Positions 19,849 through 31,096 of a DNA stretch of 64,000 nt are shown piece after piece. The number at the start of each line of letters is the position of its first letter. Position 1 is the stretch's first letter. The translations under genes and the position numbers were made by a program. The notes under the pieces were generated by a model, which saw nothing but the letters and a program-made list of their open reading frames with translations, made no database searches and had not been told where the DNA came from. This DNA comes from Ardenticatenaceae bacterium (GTDB lineage: Bacteria > Chloroflexota > Anaerolineae > Promineifilales > Promineifilaceae): the NCBI GenBank assembly GCA_020634235.1, contig JACKCB010000001.1, positions 442,945 through 506,944 on the forward strand, read 5' to 3'.

Positions 19849-21261
19849 TTACGGCCCAATCAAGGTCTCTTCGGAGAAGAAACTCAGGCGGCCATTGGCA
19901 TCCAAAGCCCCCATGCTCACGTAGTAACGCTGCGCGGGATTGAGACCGGTGATAGCCACATTCCCGGCGTCGGCTGCGTTCACAAACTGGAACAGCGGGT
20001 AATCATAGGAATCGACCGGCCGGAACGAGAGTGCATAACCGGTGGCTTGCGGATCGGGCGACCAGGTCAACAGGTAGGCGCCAGGGTCGGCCATCTGGGT
20101 GATGGTGGGGGCGGCGGGCCGGCCGGGCGCGCCGGCCAGGCTGGCGATGGTGGCCACGTTGAGCTGCGTCACCTTGGCCAGATAATCATAATCCAGCCGG
20201 TCCGAGGTGTCGCGGCTGGTGTGCTGCACATCCACATCCTCCACCGATTCGGTCATCCGCACCGCCCCTACCCCGGCGTTGATGAACTCGCGGTGGTCGC
20301 TGTAGCGCCCTTCCCGGTCCAGCGTCTGCTGGATATCTACGGGGAAGGTGGGCATGTACATGCCGCCCACATAGCGCAGGTAACGGGCCACCTGGCTGGA
20401 GGGAGAGGTATCGGGGCCGAGGGCGAAAATACGCAGGGATTGGGGAATCCCCGGCCGGCCGCCCACAATATCCATATTGAACACCGCGTCAAACTGCTGC
20501 CCACCCAACATCGCCTGCTGCACAAAGTGGAAACTGCCGTGCGTTCCCTGCTCTTCGGAGGCAAAGGCGATGAACATGATGGTCTGGTTCCAACTGCGCG
20601 AACTAAGCAGCCGCGCCGCCTCTATGAGCGCTGCCACACCGGAAGCGTTGTCGTTGGCTCCTGGGGCCAGGCTAAAGCCGTCGGCAATATCCAGGTTGCG
20701 CGAGTCGTAGTGAGCCGCCAGGACAATGACGCCGGGATAGGTGCCGATACCGGGCAGGGTAGCCACGATATTCTGCTGGCTGGAAACCAGCCCGTTGTAG
20801 TTCAGGGTGAAATCGTCGGTGGTGACTTGCAGCCGGCCACCGCCTACGCGGTTGAACTCATCCGAAATCCAGGTGCGCGCAGCGCCTACGCCGAAATCGG
20901 GGCGCTGCGTTTCGCTGAGGCTGTGGCGGGTGCCAAAGCCTTCCAGCGTTTGCACGTAGCCAAACAACTGCTGGCGCGAAACGTTATTCACCAGGGTCAA
21001 GATGTCGGGGTCAATGGCCGGCGACAGGGTGCTGCTGTTGGGGTTGGTCACCAACTCCAGCGTGTCGAAGTCGATGGCCGCCGGCGGCGGCGGGATGGGC
21101 GTGGGGATGGTGGGCAACTGCGGTGGCGAGAGCAGCGCGCAGGCTGAGTTGGAGAGCAGCACAACAAGCAAAAGCAGCAGCGGCAGGCGGCGCAGCAGGG
21201 CACGGGACCGCGGTCCCCGGCCGGGGGCCGCCTCCTCCTTCACATCCTCAAAATCTATCAT
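19849..21261 (-). CDS. M28 family aminopeptidase with C-terminal fibronectin-III-like domain
   Basis: M28 zinc-binding regions (VIVLAAHYDS, ANDNASGVAALIEAARLL, FIAFASEEQG); signal peptide/TM at N-terminus. Confidence 0.8.
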   Translation of the reverse strand: MIDFEDVKEEAAPGRGPRSRALLRRLPLLLLLVVLLSNSACALLSPPQLPTIPTPIPPPPAAIDFDTLELVTNPNSSTLSPAIDPDILTLVNNVSRQQLFGYVQTLEGFGTRHSLSETQRPDFGVGAARTWISDEFNRVGGGRLQVTTDDFTLNYNGLVSSQQNIVATLPGIGTYPGVIVLAAHYDSRNLDIADGFSLAPGANDNASGVAALIEAARLLSSRSWNQTIMFIAFASEEQGTHGSFHFVQQAMLGGQQFDAVFNMDIVGGRPGIPQSLRIFALGPDTSPSSQVARYLRYVGGMYMPTFPVDIQQTLDREGRYSDHREFINAGVGAVRMTESVEDVDVQHTSRDTSDRLDYDYLAKVTQLNVATIASLAGAPGRPAAPTITQMADPGAYLLTWSPDPQATGYALSFRPVDSYDYPLFQFVNAADAGNVAITGLNPAQRYYVSMGALDANGRLSFFSEETLIGP

Positions 21262-21306
21262 CTGCTACCACTCCCAGCGCTATCCAGAGCTAAAAGCAAC
21301 CCCTGG

Positions 21307-22089
21307 CTATTTCTCATTACTCACCTGGCGCGGCTGCATAAAAGTGCTAAACATCTCAATCGGAATGGGGAATATGGTCGTCGTATTCTGTTCCACCCCA
21401 ATCTCCAGCAGCGTTTGCAGATAACGCAAGGTCATCGCCCCCGGTTCAGAAGCCATGATCCGTGCCGCTTCCGAAAGCTGCTGCGCCGCCTGCATCTCGC
21501 CTTCGGCGTGGATGACCTTTGCCCGCCGTTCCCGTTCTGCCTCAGCCTGCCGGGCCATCGCCCGGATCATTGTCGAGTTCAGCCCCACATCCTTGATTTC
21601 CACGATGCTGACCTTCACCCCCCACGGCTCGGTCGCCTCGTCGATGATGTGCTGCAGCGTCTCGTTGATGTTTTCCCGCTCTTGCAGCAGTTGGTCCAGG
21701 TGGGACTGGCCAATGACGTTGCGCAGGCTGGTCTGGGCAATTTGCCAGGTAGCGCGATGGTAATCTTCTACATTGATAACCGCGGCCACCGGATCGATCA
21801 CCCGGAAATAGACTACCGCATTGACGTTCACGGTCACATTGTCCGCGCTGATGGCCTCCTGCGTGGGCACGTCCAGGGTAACGGTGCGCAAATCGACCTT
21901 TACCAGGCGGTCCACAAAGGGGATGATGAGAAACCAGCCCGGCCCTTTGGGTGATTGTACCCGGCCGAGACGAAAAACAACGCCGCGCTCATATTCGGCC
22001 ATAATGCGCACGGACAAGAAGAACAGGACCAGGGCACCGGCCGCGATCACACAGAGAATGGGAATTATCGCCGACAAGAAACCAGACAC
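21307..22089 (-). CDS. SPFH/band-7 domain protein (stomatin/HflC-like)
   Basis: N-terminal TM, then the band-7 core (GVVFRLGRV ... LDVPTQEAISADNVTVNVNAVVYFRV) and a coiled-coil AEAERERRAKV. GTG start with GGAGAA SD. Confidence 0.9.
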   Translation of the reverse strand: MSGFLSAIIPILCVIAAGALVLFFLSVRIMAEYERGVVFRLGRVQSPKGPGWFLIIPFVDRLVKVDLRTVTLDVPTQEAISADNVTVNVNAVVYFRVIDPVAAVINVEDYHRATWQIAQTSLRNVIGQSHLDQLLQERENINETLQHIIDEATEPWGVKVSIVEIKDVGLNSTMIRAMARQAEAERERRAKVIHAEGEMQAAQQLSEAARIMASEPGAMTLRYLQTLLEIGVEQNTTTIFPIPIEMFSTFMQPRQVSNEK

Positions 22090-22542
22090 GTCATTTCTCC
22101 TTTTTGCCCCTACTGCTTCTCAAGGACTGCGCTTGCAGAAGCCCACGCTGCCCGGGACAGCTCAGGCAGCGGTTCATACGGTTACACTCATTGAACAGGT
22201 GCGGGTGTTCAGGATGCTGCGGGGCCTTTGTACCAATGCACCGGCCCAATGTCCCCTGCAATTCCCCAAGAGCCTCAGGCAATCACCACGCTGTAGGCGC
22301 GTCCCCAGTCCATCAAGAACAGCCGGGGGCGCAGGCCATCACCTATATCATACCTGCGGTTTCGGCGCAAGTCATGCTATTATACCGATATCTGGCCCAA
22401 ACCGCAGGAAAGTGGCCAGGGCTGTGCAGGAAATCCTCATGATTCGCAAGGTGGTGAACAGGGATAGACCACAGCGACATCCATCTCTGGGGCCTGTTCC
22501 AGCAGATCCGGGCAACCTCACCCAAGCGCTAAACCCGTCAGG

Positions 22543-23451
22543 CTACGCCCCGGCCGGGGCCAGAAAAATGAGCGCCACCCCGGTAAAGGCAAGCAGCGTC
22601 CCCGCCACCGCACGCCAACTCACCCGCTCGCGAAACAACACGTAGCTCAGCGGAATCAAAATGATGGGTGGCAGGGCCATCAGCGTGGAGGCAATGCCCA
22701 ACTGCGCCTGCTGGATGGCCACCAGCGACAGCCAGATGCCCACAAACGGGCCAAAGACCGTGCCCGCCAGCAGCGCCGCAAAACCGCGCCGGTCCCGCCA
22801 GCGGCCCACCGTGTACCCCACCCGGCCGCGCAGCAGCGTCAGCCCCCACAAAATAATCACCGCCACCAGCAGGCGGATCAACGTGGCCGAAACGGTGGGG
22901 AAGCCACCCACCAACCCATAGCGGGCCGTAATCAGGTTAGCCGACTGCCCTACCGCCCCGGCGAAGGCGGCCAGCAACCCCAGGCCATACTTCTTCTCGG
23001 CCACCACCGGTCCCCCTTGCTGCCGTTCGGTCACCACCCAGGCCACCCCGGCAATGGTCAGGCCAATACCAGCCAGCTCCGGCCGGGTTAGCCGCTCGCC
23101 AAACAGGAACCAGCCGGCAATGGTGCTAAGAATTGGCCCCAGCGACATCATCAGCATGGACAGGCGCGGTCCAATGAGCACGTAGGCATAGAACAAAAAG
23201 GTATCGCCCAGCACCAGCCCCAGGATGCTGGAAAGGGCCAGCCAGCCCCAGCGAAACGGTTCGGCATCCACAGGCAGCAGCGCGCCTTGCAGCGCCAGGT
23301 GGGAGATGGCGATGAACAGCAGGGCAAAAAGCAGGCGGCTGCGGCTAACCACGTTAGAACCCATGCGCCGGCCGCTGTAGCTGAAGAAGATGGCGGTGAA
23401 GGACCAGCAGAAGGCGGTGGCAATGGCCGCAAACTCACCCAGGTAGTTCAT
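22543..23451 (-). CDS. DMT superfamily transporter (EamA-like, 10 TM)
   Basis: Duplicated EamA-like hydrophobic halves; about 300 aa. Confidence 0.75.
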   Translation of the reverse strand: MNYLGEFAAIATAFCWSFTAIFFSYSGRRMGSNVVSRSRLLFALLFIAISHLALQGALLPVDAEPFRWGWLALSSILGLVLGDTFLFYAYVLIGPRLSMLMMSLGPILSTIAGWFLFGERLTRPELAGIGLTIAGVAWVVTERQQGGPVVAEKKYGLGLLAAFAGAVGQSANLITARYGLVGGFPTVSATLIRLLVAVIILWGLTLLRGRVGYTVGRWRDRRGFAALLAGTVFGPFVGIWLSLVAIQQAQLGIASTLMALPPIILIPLSYVLFRERVSWRAVAGTLLAFTGVALIFLAPAGA

Positions 23452-23454
23452 GAT

Positions 23455-24405
23455 TTACCCCAACAGCGCCTGGCGCATCTGGCGGATGTGCCCCGGCCGG
23501 GTGCGGCAGCAGCCGCCAATCAGCCGTGCCCCGGCCGCGTACCAGTCGCGGCAGGCCAGGCCAAAATCAACCGGCGAAGCCAGGCCGGTCCAGCATTGGC
23601 GGGCGGCATCGTACCCCTCGCCCGAATTGGGGTAAACCACAATGGGCTTGTCCGTGAGTGGGGCCAGGGCGGCAATGAGGGCCGGGATGTGACCCGGCGC
23701 GGTGCAGTTGATGCCAATGGCCGCCACCTGCGGCACCCCCAGCAGCGGCTGCACCGCCTCGGCCAGGGGCGTGCCGTCGCTGATGTGGCCTCCATCGCGG
23801 CAGCTAAAGCTGAACCAGGCGCTGAGCTGCGGCGTTTCCGGCAGCAGCCGGCACAGGGCGCGCGCCTCGGCGGCCGAGGGAATGGTTTCGCAAGCCAGCA
23901 GGTCGGGGCGGCAGCCGGCCAGGATGTGCCAGCGCCGCCGGTGGAAATCGACCAGGCCCGCCTCGTCCAGGGCGTAATCGCCGCGATATTCGGCCCCATC
24001 GGCCAGGTATGCGCCATAGGGGCCGATGCTGGCGGCCACCAGGGGACGCCCCCGGCCGGGGCGATGCCCTTCATCCGCCCAGAACGCATCCCGCGCAGCC
24101 TGCCCCAATCGCACCGCACGTTCCAGCAGAGCCACCGCTTCTGCCTCGGGCAGCCCGTACTGCACAAAACCGGGGATGGTGGCCTGGTAGCTGGCGGTGA
24201 TGATGCAGTCTGCCCCGGCGGCCAGGTAATCGGTGTGGAGCTGTTGAATCCCGGCCGGGTCATCACGCAGCAGCCGCGCCGACCACAACGCATCGCGCAG
24301 GTCATGGCCGCGCGCTTCCAACTCGGTGGCCAGGCCGCCATCCAGCAGCACAAAACCCTGCTGCCGCAGCAGTGGGGTGAGGGGGGAGGACAACTGGGTC
24401 AGCAT
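23455..24405 (-). CDS. homocysteine S-methyltransferase (MmuM-like)
   Basis: LLDGGLATELE N-terminal motif; zinc-ligand cysteines GINCTAP and GGCC near the C-terminus; internal ATG taken as start. Confidence 0.8.
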   Translation of the reverse strand: MLTQLSSPLTPLLRQQGFVLLDGGLATELEARGHDLRDALWSARLLRDDPAGIQQLHTDYLAAGADCIITASYQATIPGFVQYGLPEAEAVALLERAVRLGQAARDAFWADEGHRPGRGRPLVAASIGPYGAYLADGAEYRGDYALDEAGLVDFHRRRWHILAGCRPDLLACETIPSAAEARALCRLLPETPQLSAWFSFSCRDGGHISDGTPLAEAVQPLLGVPQVAAIGINCTAPGHIPALIAALAPLTDKPIVVYPNSGEGYDAARQCWTGLASPVDFGLACRDWYAAGARLIGGCCRTRPGHIRQMRQALLG

Positions 24406-24617
24406 ATGACAAATGATACCTGACACAATCGGCCGGCGGTAGTATAGTAATGGGCAGCGGCGCAGGGCATGGCGGGGTTGCTCCACCACGACAAACCTGG
24501 CAAGTTGATGTGTGCCGCAAACTTCACCCTTGCCGTCCGACCTGGCAACAGCCGGGCGGCCACTATCCTGGCCCCGGCCGGGAAAACCCTGGTTCCAACC
24601 AGGAAAGGAGTAACCTC

Positions 24618-25031
24618 ATGAAGCACTTCCCCATTCGTTACTTGCTGCTCACCCTCATCCTGCTCCTGTTTCTGGCCGCCTGCGGTGGCTCTGGTGGCGC
24701 CAATGACAGCGCCCCGGCCGATGCTGGCGACACCGACGCCGACACCGGCCTGCCGGTGAATCCGGAAACAACGCCGGATGGCCCCTTCATCATCGATGGC
24801 ACCATTGCCAGCATCAATCTGACACCGCAAACCGCGCCAGAGTACGTGATCCGCATTCCCTCCGGCCGGACGTTCCGCGTGCGGGCGCAAGGGCTGGCCG
24901 ACACCTTTTATGAAGATGGCACAGCCGTCGTGCCCAGCGAAATCCGGCAGAGCATGGCCGTCCGGGCCACTGTCACCTATGACCCGGCCACGCTGCTCTA
25001 CACCTCGGAAGACCTGGTCTTCTTGCGGTAG
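24618..25031 (+). CDS. small lipoprotein of unknown function
   Basis: AGGAAAGGAG SD 7 nt before ATG; signal peptide with lipobox LAACGG; acidic low-complexity linker. Confidence 0.55.
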   Translation: MKHFPIRYLLLTLILLLFLAACGGSGGANDSAPADAGDTDADTGLPVNPETTPDGPFIIDGTIASINLTPQTAPEYVIRIPSGRTFRVRAQGLADTFYEDGTAVVPSEIRQSMAVRATVTYDPATLLYTSEDLVFLR

Positions 25032-25107
25032 CCGCGCTGCCGCACAGCAGCGAGTCAGCCAGCCACCTGCAATAGTGGCTGGCTGGCTCGCTGACCCGGC
25101 CGGCAGT

Positions 25108-26427
25108 TCAGCTTAGCGTGACCGGATAGGAGGGGCGGGTCGGGAAGAGAACGTCCAGCAGGACGGCGGCTTCGGCATTGGCCGCGAAGCAGTCGACGCG
25201 TAACTGGCGCAGTTGCTCCAGGCTGCGGTGGCCGAAAAGCAGGTGCAAGAAGGTGAGGTCGGGCAGGCAAGCGTCGCCGTCATGCGCGTAGGCGGGTTGG
25301 AAGGTGCCGATTTCGGCTAACCGGCCGGTGTCAAAGCGCAGGGTGAGCTGCTGCTGGTAGAAGTTCAGGCGCAGGGTGCCGGTATGCCCGGCCATGACGC
25401 TGCCCGCCAGCCGCCGCTCTAGCACGGGGGCCAGATGGCGCAAGAAGGCGGGTAGGTCGGGCACGCGCAGGAAGTAGGCGTAGGCATTGTCCGGTTTGCT
25501 TAGCTGGCGGCCCAGGGCGGTGTAGGCGGGATGGGCGGTGCCCAGGCGAAAGGTAAGATGGTCGGCGGGCGCACCGGAGGGCAGCGGGGTTGGTTTGAAG
25601 TGGCGGGTGAGGAAAAGGCAGAGGGCGCGCAGGGAGTGCCCCGGCCGGGCCGCAACTTCACGGATATTCACGGAGCGGGACCAGATGGCGTATTCCACGT
25701 AGCCGGCTATCTCCCCGGCCGGGGTCTCCACCACGCCAAAGCGCTGCCCATTTACCGCGGCCGGGTCTTGCAGCGTTAGTTCATACAGCCACTCTGCCTG
25801 GCTGCGTACCCGGTAGACAAGCGAGGCCTGGCAGTGAATGGCATACAGCGCCGCCAGGTGGGGGATGTCGTCAGCGGTGGCCGGCCGGAAGCGGTACGGT
25901 TCTTCGGTGACGGGGGGGCTGTTCCCCGGCCGGGACCAGACAAAGTCGCGGCTGCCCCCCAGGTCCACAGTCATCTCATAGCCGAACTGGCGGTAATACC
26001 AGGGGATTCCCGTAATCACCTGCACCAGTTCACCGCGCGCCGCGCTGAGGCTGTGGACTACCGCCATTTGCCGCCGCACCAGGCCGCGCCGCCGGTATTC
26101 CGGCAGCGTGGCCACCAACTCCGGCCGGCCCACACCAAAAGCCAGCCCGTCAATAGCCCACGTCTGCGAGATCAGGCACAGGCTGGAGACGATCTGCCCC
26201 TGGTCATCCACCACCACCGTAAAATCGCCGGGGCCGGTAGTGGGATGCTGTCCACTAAACAGGTCATAAGTCCAGATGCTCAGCCCCTCCTCCGGTTCGG
26301 CCGGGTTGTCGCTGTGCATGGCCAGGTTAAACGCCGCCACTGCCGGCGCGTCGGCCGCTGTAGCCCAGCGCATCACCAGCCCAGCCCCTAAGGCAACTGG
26401 CAAAGTCAGGTGCGCATCCAGGTTCAT
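25108..26427 (-). CDS. GNAT family N-acetyltransferase (two-domain)
   Basis: Acetyl-CoA binding motif region RRRGLVRRQMAVVHSLSAARG (R/Q-x-x-G-x-G/A type). Confidence 0.65.
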   Translation of the reverse strand: MNLDAHLTLPVALGAGLVMRWATAADAPAVAAFNLAMHSDNPAEPEEGLSIWTYDLFSGQHPTTGPGDFTVVVDDQGQIVSSLCLISQTWAIDGLAFGVGRPELVATLPEYRRRGLVRRQMAVVHSLSAARGELVQVITGIPWYYRQFGYEMTVDLGGSRDFVWSRPGNSPPVTEEPYRFRPATADDIPHLAALYAIHCQASLVYRVRSQAEWLYELTLQDPAAVNGQRFGVVETPAGEIAGYVEYAIWSRSVNIREVAARPGHSLRALCLFLTRHFKPTPLPSGAPADHLTFRLGTAHPAYTALGRQLSKPDNAYAYFLRVPDLPAFLRHLAPVLERRLAGSVMAGHTGTLRLNFYQQQLTLRFDTGRLAEIGTFQPAYAHDGDACLPDLTFLHLLFGHRSLEQLRQLRVDCFAANAEAAVLLDVLFPTRPSYPVTLS

Positions 26428-26504
26428 GGTCACTCTCGCTAATTCGTGTTGGTTGCGGCGTATTCCGCTGCAACTGGGTGACAATCACCAGTTAACCATT
26501 CAGC

Positions 26505-28316
26505 CTACAGCAGCAGCGCTTCCAGCCGATCGACGTAGCTGGCCAACACGCCAAAGGCCGCTTCCACCGGCTCTGGCGAGGTCATATCCACGCCGGCCAG
26601 GCGCAGGGCATCCAGCGGATAGAGCGAATTGCCGGCACGCAGGAAGGCGAGATAGGCCTCTACCGCGCCCGGTTCGCCGGCCAGCACCCGGCGGGCCAGG
26701 GCGTTGGCCCCGGCAATGCCGGTAGTGTACTGGTAAACGTAGAAGTTGGAGTAGAGGTGGGTGGGGAACTGCGCCCAGGTAATGCCCACCCGGTCGGCAT
26801 CCACGGCCATCTCGTCGCCATACCCCTCGCGGAAGAGGTCGGTCATAAGGGTCATCATGCTTTCAGCGGTCAGGGCCTGGCCCCGCTCCACCTGTTCGTG
26901 GATGGCCAGTTCAAAGCGGGCCAGGGTAGGCATGATGAAAAAGTAGCGATGGTAATTGGACATGGCCTCTTCTAACAGCGCAATCTGGAAGTCCGGGTCT
27001 TGCTGCGTACGCAGCAAGAAGTCACGCACCATGGCCTGGTTGAAGTTGGAAGCGACTTCGGCCACAAACAACGTGTAGCGTGAGTAGATGAAGGGCTGGT
27101 TCTGCCAGGCCAGGTAGGAGTGCATGGAGTGGCCCAATTCATGCGCCAGGGTGCTCAATGAGAAAACGTCATCGCTGTAACTCATGAGGATAAAGGGGTG
27201 CGTACCTTTCACGCCGGTGGAGAATGCGCCGGAGCGCTTGCCCTGGTTGGGGTAAACGTCTACCCAGCGCTCGTGGCGCAGGCCGCGTTCCAACGCTGCC
27301 ACGTAGTCGTGGCCCAGCGGCTTCATGCCGGCCACAATCCAGCGCACGGCATCGGCATAGGGAACCGCCGGCCGGGTTGCGGTCAGCGGCGCTTTAATGT
27401 CGTAGACGTGGAGCTGGTCGTAACCCAGGACCTGGCGGCGCAAGCGCCAGTAGCGGTGCCAGGTGGGCAGATGGCGGCGGAAGGTGTCGATGGTGTTGTG
27501 AAATACTTGCACAGGGATATGATTGGGGGTGAGGGAGGCTTCCAGCGAAGAGTTGTAGCCGCGCACGCGCATGTTGAAGACGTCTTGCTTGATGCCGGCG
27601 GACAGGGCGTTGGCCATGCTGTTCTTGTGGGCCAGGTAGGCGTCGGCGTAACTTTCAAAACTGGTGCGGCGCACTTCGCGGTCGGGATGGGTGATGAGCG
27701 CGCCCATGGTGCCCTGGGCTACGGGCAGTGGGTCGGCGTTGTCCCCGGCCGGGATGGCCGGGGCAAAGGTCAGGTCAGCATCGGCCAGGACGCTATGGGT
27801 AGACGACGCCGTACGGAAGACATCGGACAACTGCCCCAGAATCTCCTCCACTTCTGCCGAGCGGATATGCGCCTGGCGCTTGAACAGGCTGTCCAGGTAG
27901 TGAGCATAGATGGCCATCCCCGGTTCATCCGCCAGCCAGCTCTCCAGCACCGGCCGGCCGAGGGCCAGCAGCTCCGGATCGACAAAGGCCGTGGCCGCCT
28001 GGACGCGGCCGAAAAGGCCGCGCGCCCGGCCGTAGCGCGCCGTAGCGGTCTGGTCGGCCGTGTCGACCGCCCAAAACAGGCTGGCATAAATGAAGATCTT
28101 GCCGCTGAGCGTGGCCAGCTTCTCCAGTTCGGCCATGGCAGCCAGGAAGGTGGCCGCCCCTTCGGCCAGCCGCCCCTGGTAGGCAGTGACAGTGTCAATT
28201 TGGGTCACGGCCTGGGCAATGGCGGCTTCCCACTGTTCGTCGCTGGCGAAGATGCTGTAGGCATCCCAGGTGTAGGTTTCGTCTACTTCAGATCGTTTGG
28301 GTAGGGTCAGGCTCAT
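26505..28316 (-). CDS. pepF: oligoendopeptidase F (M3B family, PepF)
   Basis: HELGHSMH zinc-binding motif; about 600 aa; AGAAGGAGA SD before ATG at 28316. Confidence 0.85.
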   Translation of the reverse strand: MSLTLPKRSEVDETYTWDAYSIFASDEQWEAAIAQAVTQIDTVTAYQGRLAEGAATFLAAMAELEKLATLSGKIFIYASLFWAVDTADQTATARYGRARGLFGRVQAATAFVDPELLALGRPVLESWLADEPGMAIYAHYLDSLFKRQAHIRSAEVEEILGQLSDVFRTASSTHSVLADADLTFAPAIPAGDNADPLPVAQGTMGALITHPDREVRRTSFESYADAYLAHKNSMANALSAGIKQDVFNMRVRGYNSSLEASLTPNHIPVQVFHNTIDTFRRHLPTWHRYWRLRRQVLGYDQLHVYDIKAPLTATRPAVPYADAVRWIVAGMKPLGHDYVAALERGLRHERWVDVYPNQGKRSGAFSTGVKGTHPFILMSYSDDVFSLSTLAHELGHSMHSYLAWQNQPFIYSRYTLFVAEVASNFNQAMVRDFLLRTQQDPDFQIALLEEAMSNYHRYFFIMPTLARFELAIHEQVERGQALTAESMMTLMTDLFREGYGDEMAVDADRVGITWAQFPTHLYSNFYVYQYTTGIAGANALARRVLAGEPGAVEAYLAFLRAGNSLYPLDALRLAGVDMTSPEPVEAAFGVLASYVDRLEALLL

Positions 28317-28532
28317 GAGGGTCTCCTTCTGACAATGGGTCCAGGTTGTGTTGCGTGGCCGCGGGCAGCTGGTCGTCTGCCCCGGCCGGGGTAGGCCCCA
28401 ACTATACCGCAAATAAGCGCGATTGCACCCGTCTGGTAGGTGGCCGGGATAGTACCCGGCCGCGGACGTGTTAGCAATCACTCAGAAAAGCGCCCCATTC
28501 GTAAGACAATCATAGGAAATACCGTAGAACTA

Positions 28533-28562
28533 TTGACTCTGAGGTAGTGACTATGTAAGAAT
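28533..28562 (+). promoter_or_regulatory. sigma-70-like promoter candidate (TTGACT-17 nt-TAAGAAT)
   Basis: -35 TTGACT at 28533-28538, 17-nt spacer, -10 TAAGAAT at 28556-28562, about 40 nt upstream of the small ORF at 28602. Confidence 0.4.
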
Positions 28563-28601
28563 CCCACCTGGTAGACAACTTGCACAAAAAAGGATTAACA
28601 G

Positions 28602-28751
28602 ATGAGCACGATTGACTTAACACCCATTGTTGTTGCCCTACCCACGCTGGCCACCGGCCTCTATTTGACCCACCGGCTGCGCAAGCGGCAGAAGGACGCC
28701 AAAGCACAGACCGCGCCAGCCACCAAACCCAAGGCAGCAACCAAGAAGTAA
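28602..28751 (+). CDS. small membrane protein (49 aa), hypothetical
   Basis: ATG..TAA ORF encoding MSTIDLTPIVVALPTLATGLYLTHRLRKRQKDAKAQTAPATKPKAATKK: one TM helix plus a basic tail, with a consensus-like promoter upstream. Below the ORF-track length cutoff. Confidence 0.3.
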   Translation: MSTIDLTPIVVALPTLATGLYLTHRLRKRQKDAKAQTAPATKPKAATKK

Positions 28752-28859
28752 GTCTGCAACGTGCTTACCAACCGTATCGGGCACGCAAGGCCCTACCCCG
28801 GCCGGGGCAGGGCCACTCCCTAATACCCAGTTTGATATTTGATAGAGGATTACCATTCC

Positions 28860-29570
28860 ATGTTCTTCCCAGGCTACTTCACCTATTTCCTTTTTGCCTT
28901 ACCCGGGCTGATCCTCGGCCTGTGGGCACAGTCACGGGTCAAATCGGCCTACAAGAAATATTCTAAAGTACCGATGGCCCGCAACCTCACCGGCGCGCAA
29001 GTGGCCCGTTCGCTGCTCGACGCCCAGGGGTTGTATGATGTGACCGTGGAAGAAACGCAAGGTTTTCTCAGCGACCACTACGACCCACGCCACCGGGTTT
29101 TGCGCCTCAGCCCCGACGTTTATCGTTCGCCCAGCGTGGCCGCGGCCGGGATTGCCGCCCACGAGATGGGGCATGCTTTGCAGCACAAGGCAGGTTATGC
29201 CCCGCTGCACCTGCGCAGCGCCCTGGTGCCGGCCGCGCAGTTCGGCAGCAACCTGGCCCCCATGATCTTCATGGCCGGCTTCCTGCTGCAAGTTTTCGGC
29301 CTGGCCTTTGGCTATGCCATTGCCTGGTTTGGCGTGGCGCTGTTTGGTCTGGCCGTGATTTTCACCCTGGTCACGCTGCCAGTGGAGTTTGATGCCAGCC
29401 GCCGGGCCAAGCAGCTTCTGTCTAGCAGCGGCACACTAATTGGCAATGAAATGGTGGGGGTGAACAAGGTGCTGGATGCAGCCGCGCTAACCTATGTGGC
29501 AGCCGCCGTCGCCGCCATCGGCCAGCTTCTGTATTACGTAATGCTGTTGGGCGGCGGGCGACGCAATTAG
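28860..29570 (+). CDS. zinc metallopeptidase (YpfJ/Zn_peptidase family, HExxH)
   Basis: HEMGHALQH zinc-binding motif with flanking TM helices; AGAGGA SD about 10 nt before ATG at 28860. Confidence 0.7.
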   Translation: MFFPGYFTYFLFALPGLILGLWAQSRVKSAYKKYSKVPMARNLTGAQVARSLLDAQGLYDVTVEETQGFLSDHYDPRHRVLRLSPDVYRSPSVAAAGIAAHEMGHALQHKAGYAPLHLRSALVPAAQFGSNLAPMIFMAGFLLQVFGLAFGYAIAWFGVALFGLAVIFTLVTLPVEFDASRRAKQLLSSSGTLIGNEMVGVNKVLDAAALTYVAAAVAAIGQLLYYVMLLGGGRRN

Positions 29571-29610
29571 ATACAGAATTCGGTGGGGGAGCCGCCGGTC
29601 TGGCATGTAG

Positions 29611-29662
29611 CGCAATGCGCAATGCGTTAACGGAGTGGTGACGCATTGCGCATTGTTTTTTG
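29611..29662 (+). terminator. rho-independent terminator
   Basis: Perfect 15-bp stem CAATGCGCAATGCGT / ACGCATTGCGCATTG (29613-29627, 29641-29655), then a T6 run, 40 nt after the stop of the metallopeptidase gene. Confidence 0.7.
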
Positions 29663-29695
29663 GGGAGCGGCTGTGTGGGAGTGGGCAAGCCAGGC

Positions 29696-30598
29696 CTATG
29701 CCAACTGCGCCAGGGCCAGAGCCATTGCCCCCAACACGCCGGCGCGATTCCCTAATCCTGGCGGCACAATGTAACTGTCGATCTGCTGCAAGATGGCCGG
29801 TGACTGCACGTAGCCGTTCAGCACAGCCTGCGTCTTCTGCCGCACCAGGGGGAACAACTGCGGCTGCTCCATGACCCCACCACCCAGGATGATACGCTGC
29901 GGCGAGAGGGTGCAAATGAAGGTGCGCAAAGCCAGGGCCAGGTAATGGGCTTCCAACGCCCAGGCCGGATGCCCGGCCGGGAGCTCAAACGCCGGCTGCC
30001 CCCAACGGTCGCCAATGGCCGGCCCCGCCGCCATCCCTTCCAGGCAATCGCCATGGTATGGGCAACGCCCGGCGTACGGGTCGGCCGCCCAATCGTGCGG
30101 CAGGCTGATGTGCCCCATCTCGGGGTGGATAAGGCCATGCAGGAGCTGCCCATTCACCATGACTCCTCCGCCGATGCCGGTGCCGATGGTCAGATAGATG
30201 AAGGTATCCAGCCCCTGGGCCGCGCCCCAGCGCCACTCCCCCAGCGCCGCGCCGTTCACGTCGGTATCAAAGCCGACCGGCACGCTCAGCACCCTGGCCA
30301 CCGCCCCGGCGAAGTCGGCGTTGGCCCAGCCCGGCTTGGGCGTGGTGGTGATATAGCCGTAGGTTGGGGATTGGGGATTGGGGTCCAGCGGCCCAAAGGC
30401 GGCAATGCCAATGGCCGCCAGCGGGCCACGGTTGGCCTGCTGCGCCTGAAAAAAGGCGATGGCCCGGCCAATGGTCTCGGCCGGGGTGGTGGTGGGGAAA
30501 CGTGTTTCGGCCTGGATGTCGTCCCGGCCGGTGCCCACTGCGCACACAAACTTGGTCCCCCCCGCTTCAATGCCGCCCACAAAAGGTTTCATGATCAT
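29696..30598 (-). CDS. ROK family sugar kinase (fructokinase/glucokinase-like)
   Basis: ATP-binding [10 protein letters not shown]; ROK zinc motif region HGDCLEG with CPYHGDC cysteines. Confidence 0.85.
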   Translation of the reverse strand: MIMKPFVGGIEAGGTKFVCAVGTGRDDIQAETRFPTTTPAETIGRAIAFFQAQQANRGPLAAIGIAAFGPLDPNPQSPTYGYITTTPKPGWANADFAGAVARVLSVPVGFDTDVNGAALGEWRWGAAQGLDTFIYLTIGTGIGGGVMVNGQLLHGLIHPEMGHISLPHDWAADPYAGRCPYHGDCLEGMAAGPAIGDRWGQPAFELPAGHPAWALEAHYLALALRTFICTLSPQRIILGGGVMEQPQLFPLVRQKTQAVLNGYVQSPAILQQIDSYIVPPGLGNRAGVLGAMALALAQLA

Positions 30599-31096
30599 GC
30601 ACCTGCTGCTAGATTGTTCACTGGGCCAGCCACCCCGCGGCCTATGTAGCCAAGGCTCGCCTATCGCTGCCAGGAAATTTACCAGAAGTCGGGCAAATGA
30701 GCGAACCAGCCCACCAATCCCCAGAATTTCCTATCCCCATATATTGACAAATATCGGCCGAATGCGCTAATATTCCCCATATCTTGGCCTTCCCGTGTAC
30801 GTGGGAAGGTTTTTCTATGAGATGTGTGCCCCGGCCGGGATGGGCGCCCGGCCGGGAACAATGCCCAAGACGCCTGGAGGTGGTTGGACATGCGCGGTTA
30901 CATTCATCCCCCGTGACCTTAAGCGGTAACGCTTCAGGCACAACCTGAATCCCCCAGCATTCAATCTATTTTCATCGTGTCACGCTCTGGCCGGCGCAGC
31001 CCGGCCGGGGTCTGTGGCAATCCCTGCGGCGGCGGCTGTTGGCGCGTGGCCGCCCGCCGGCGGGTATCTCTTCACGCGCCCGGAGGTCATTTCAAC

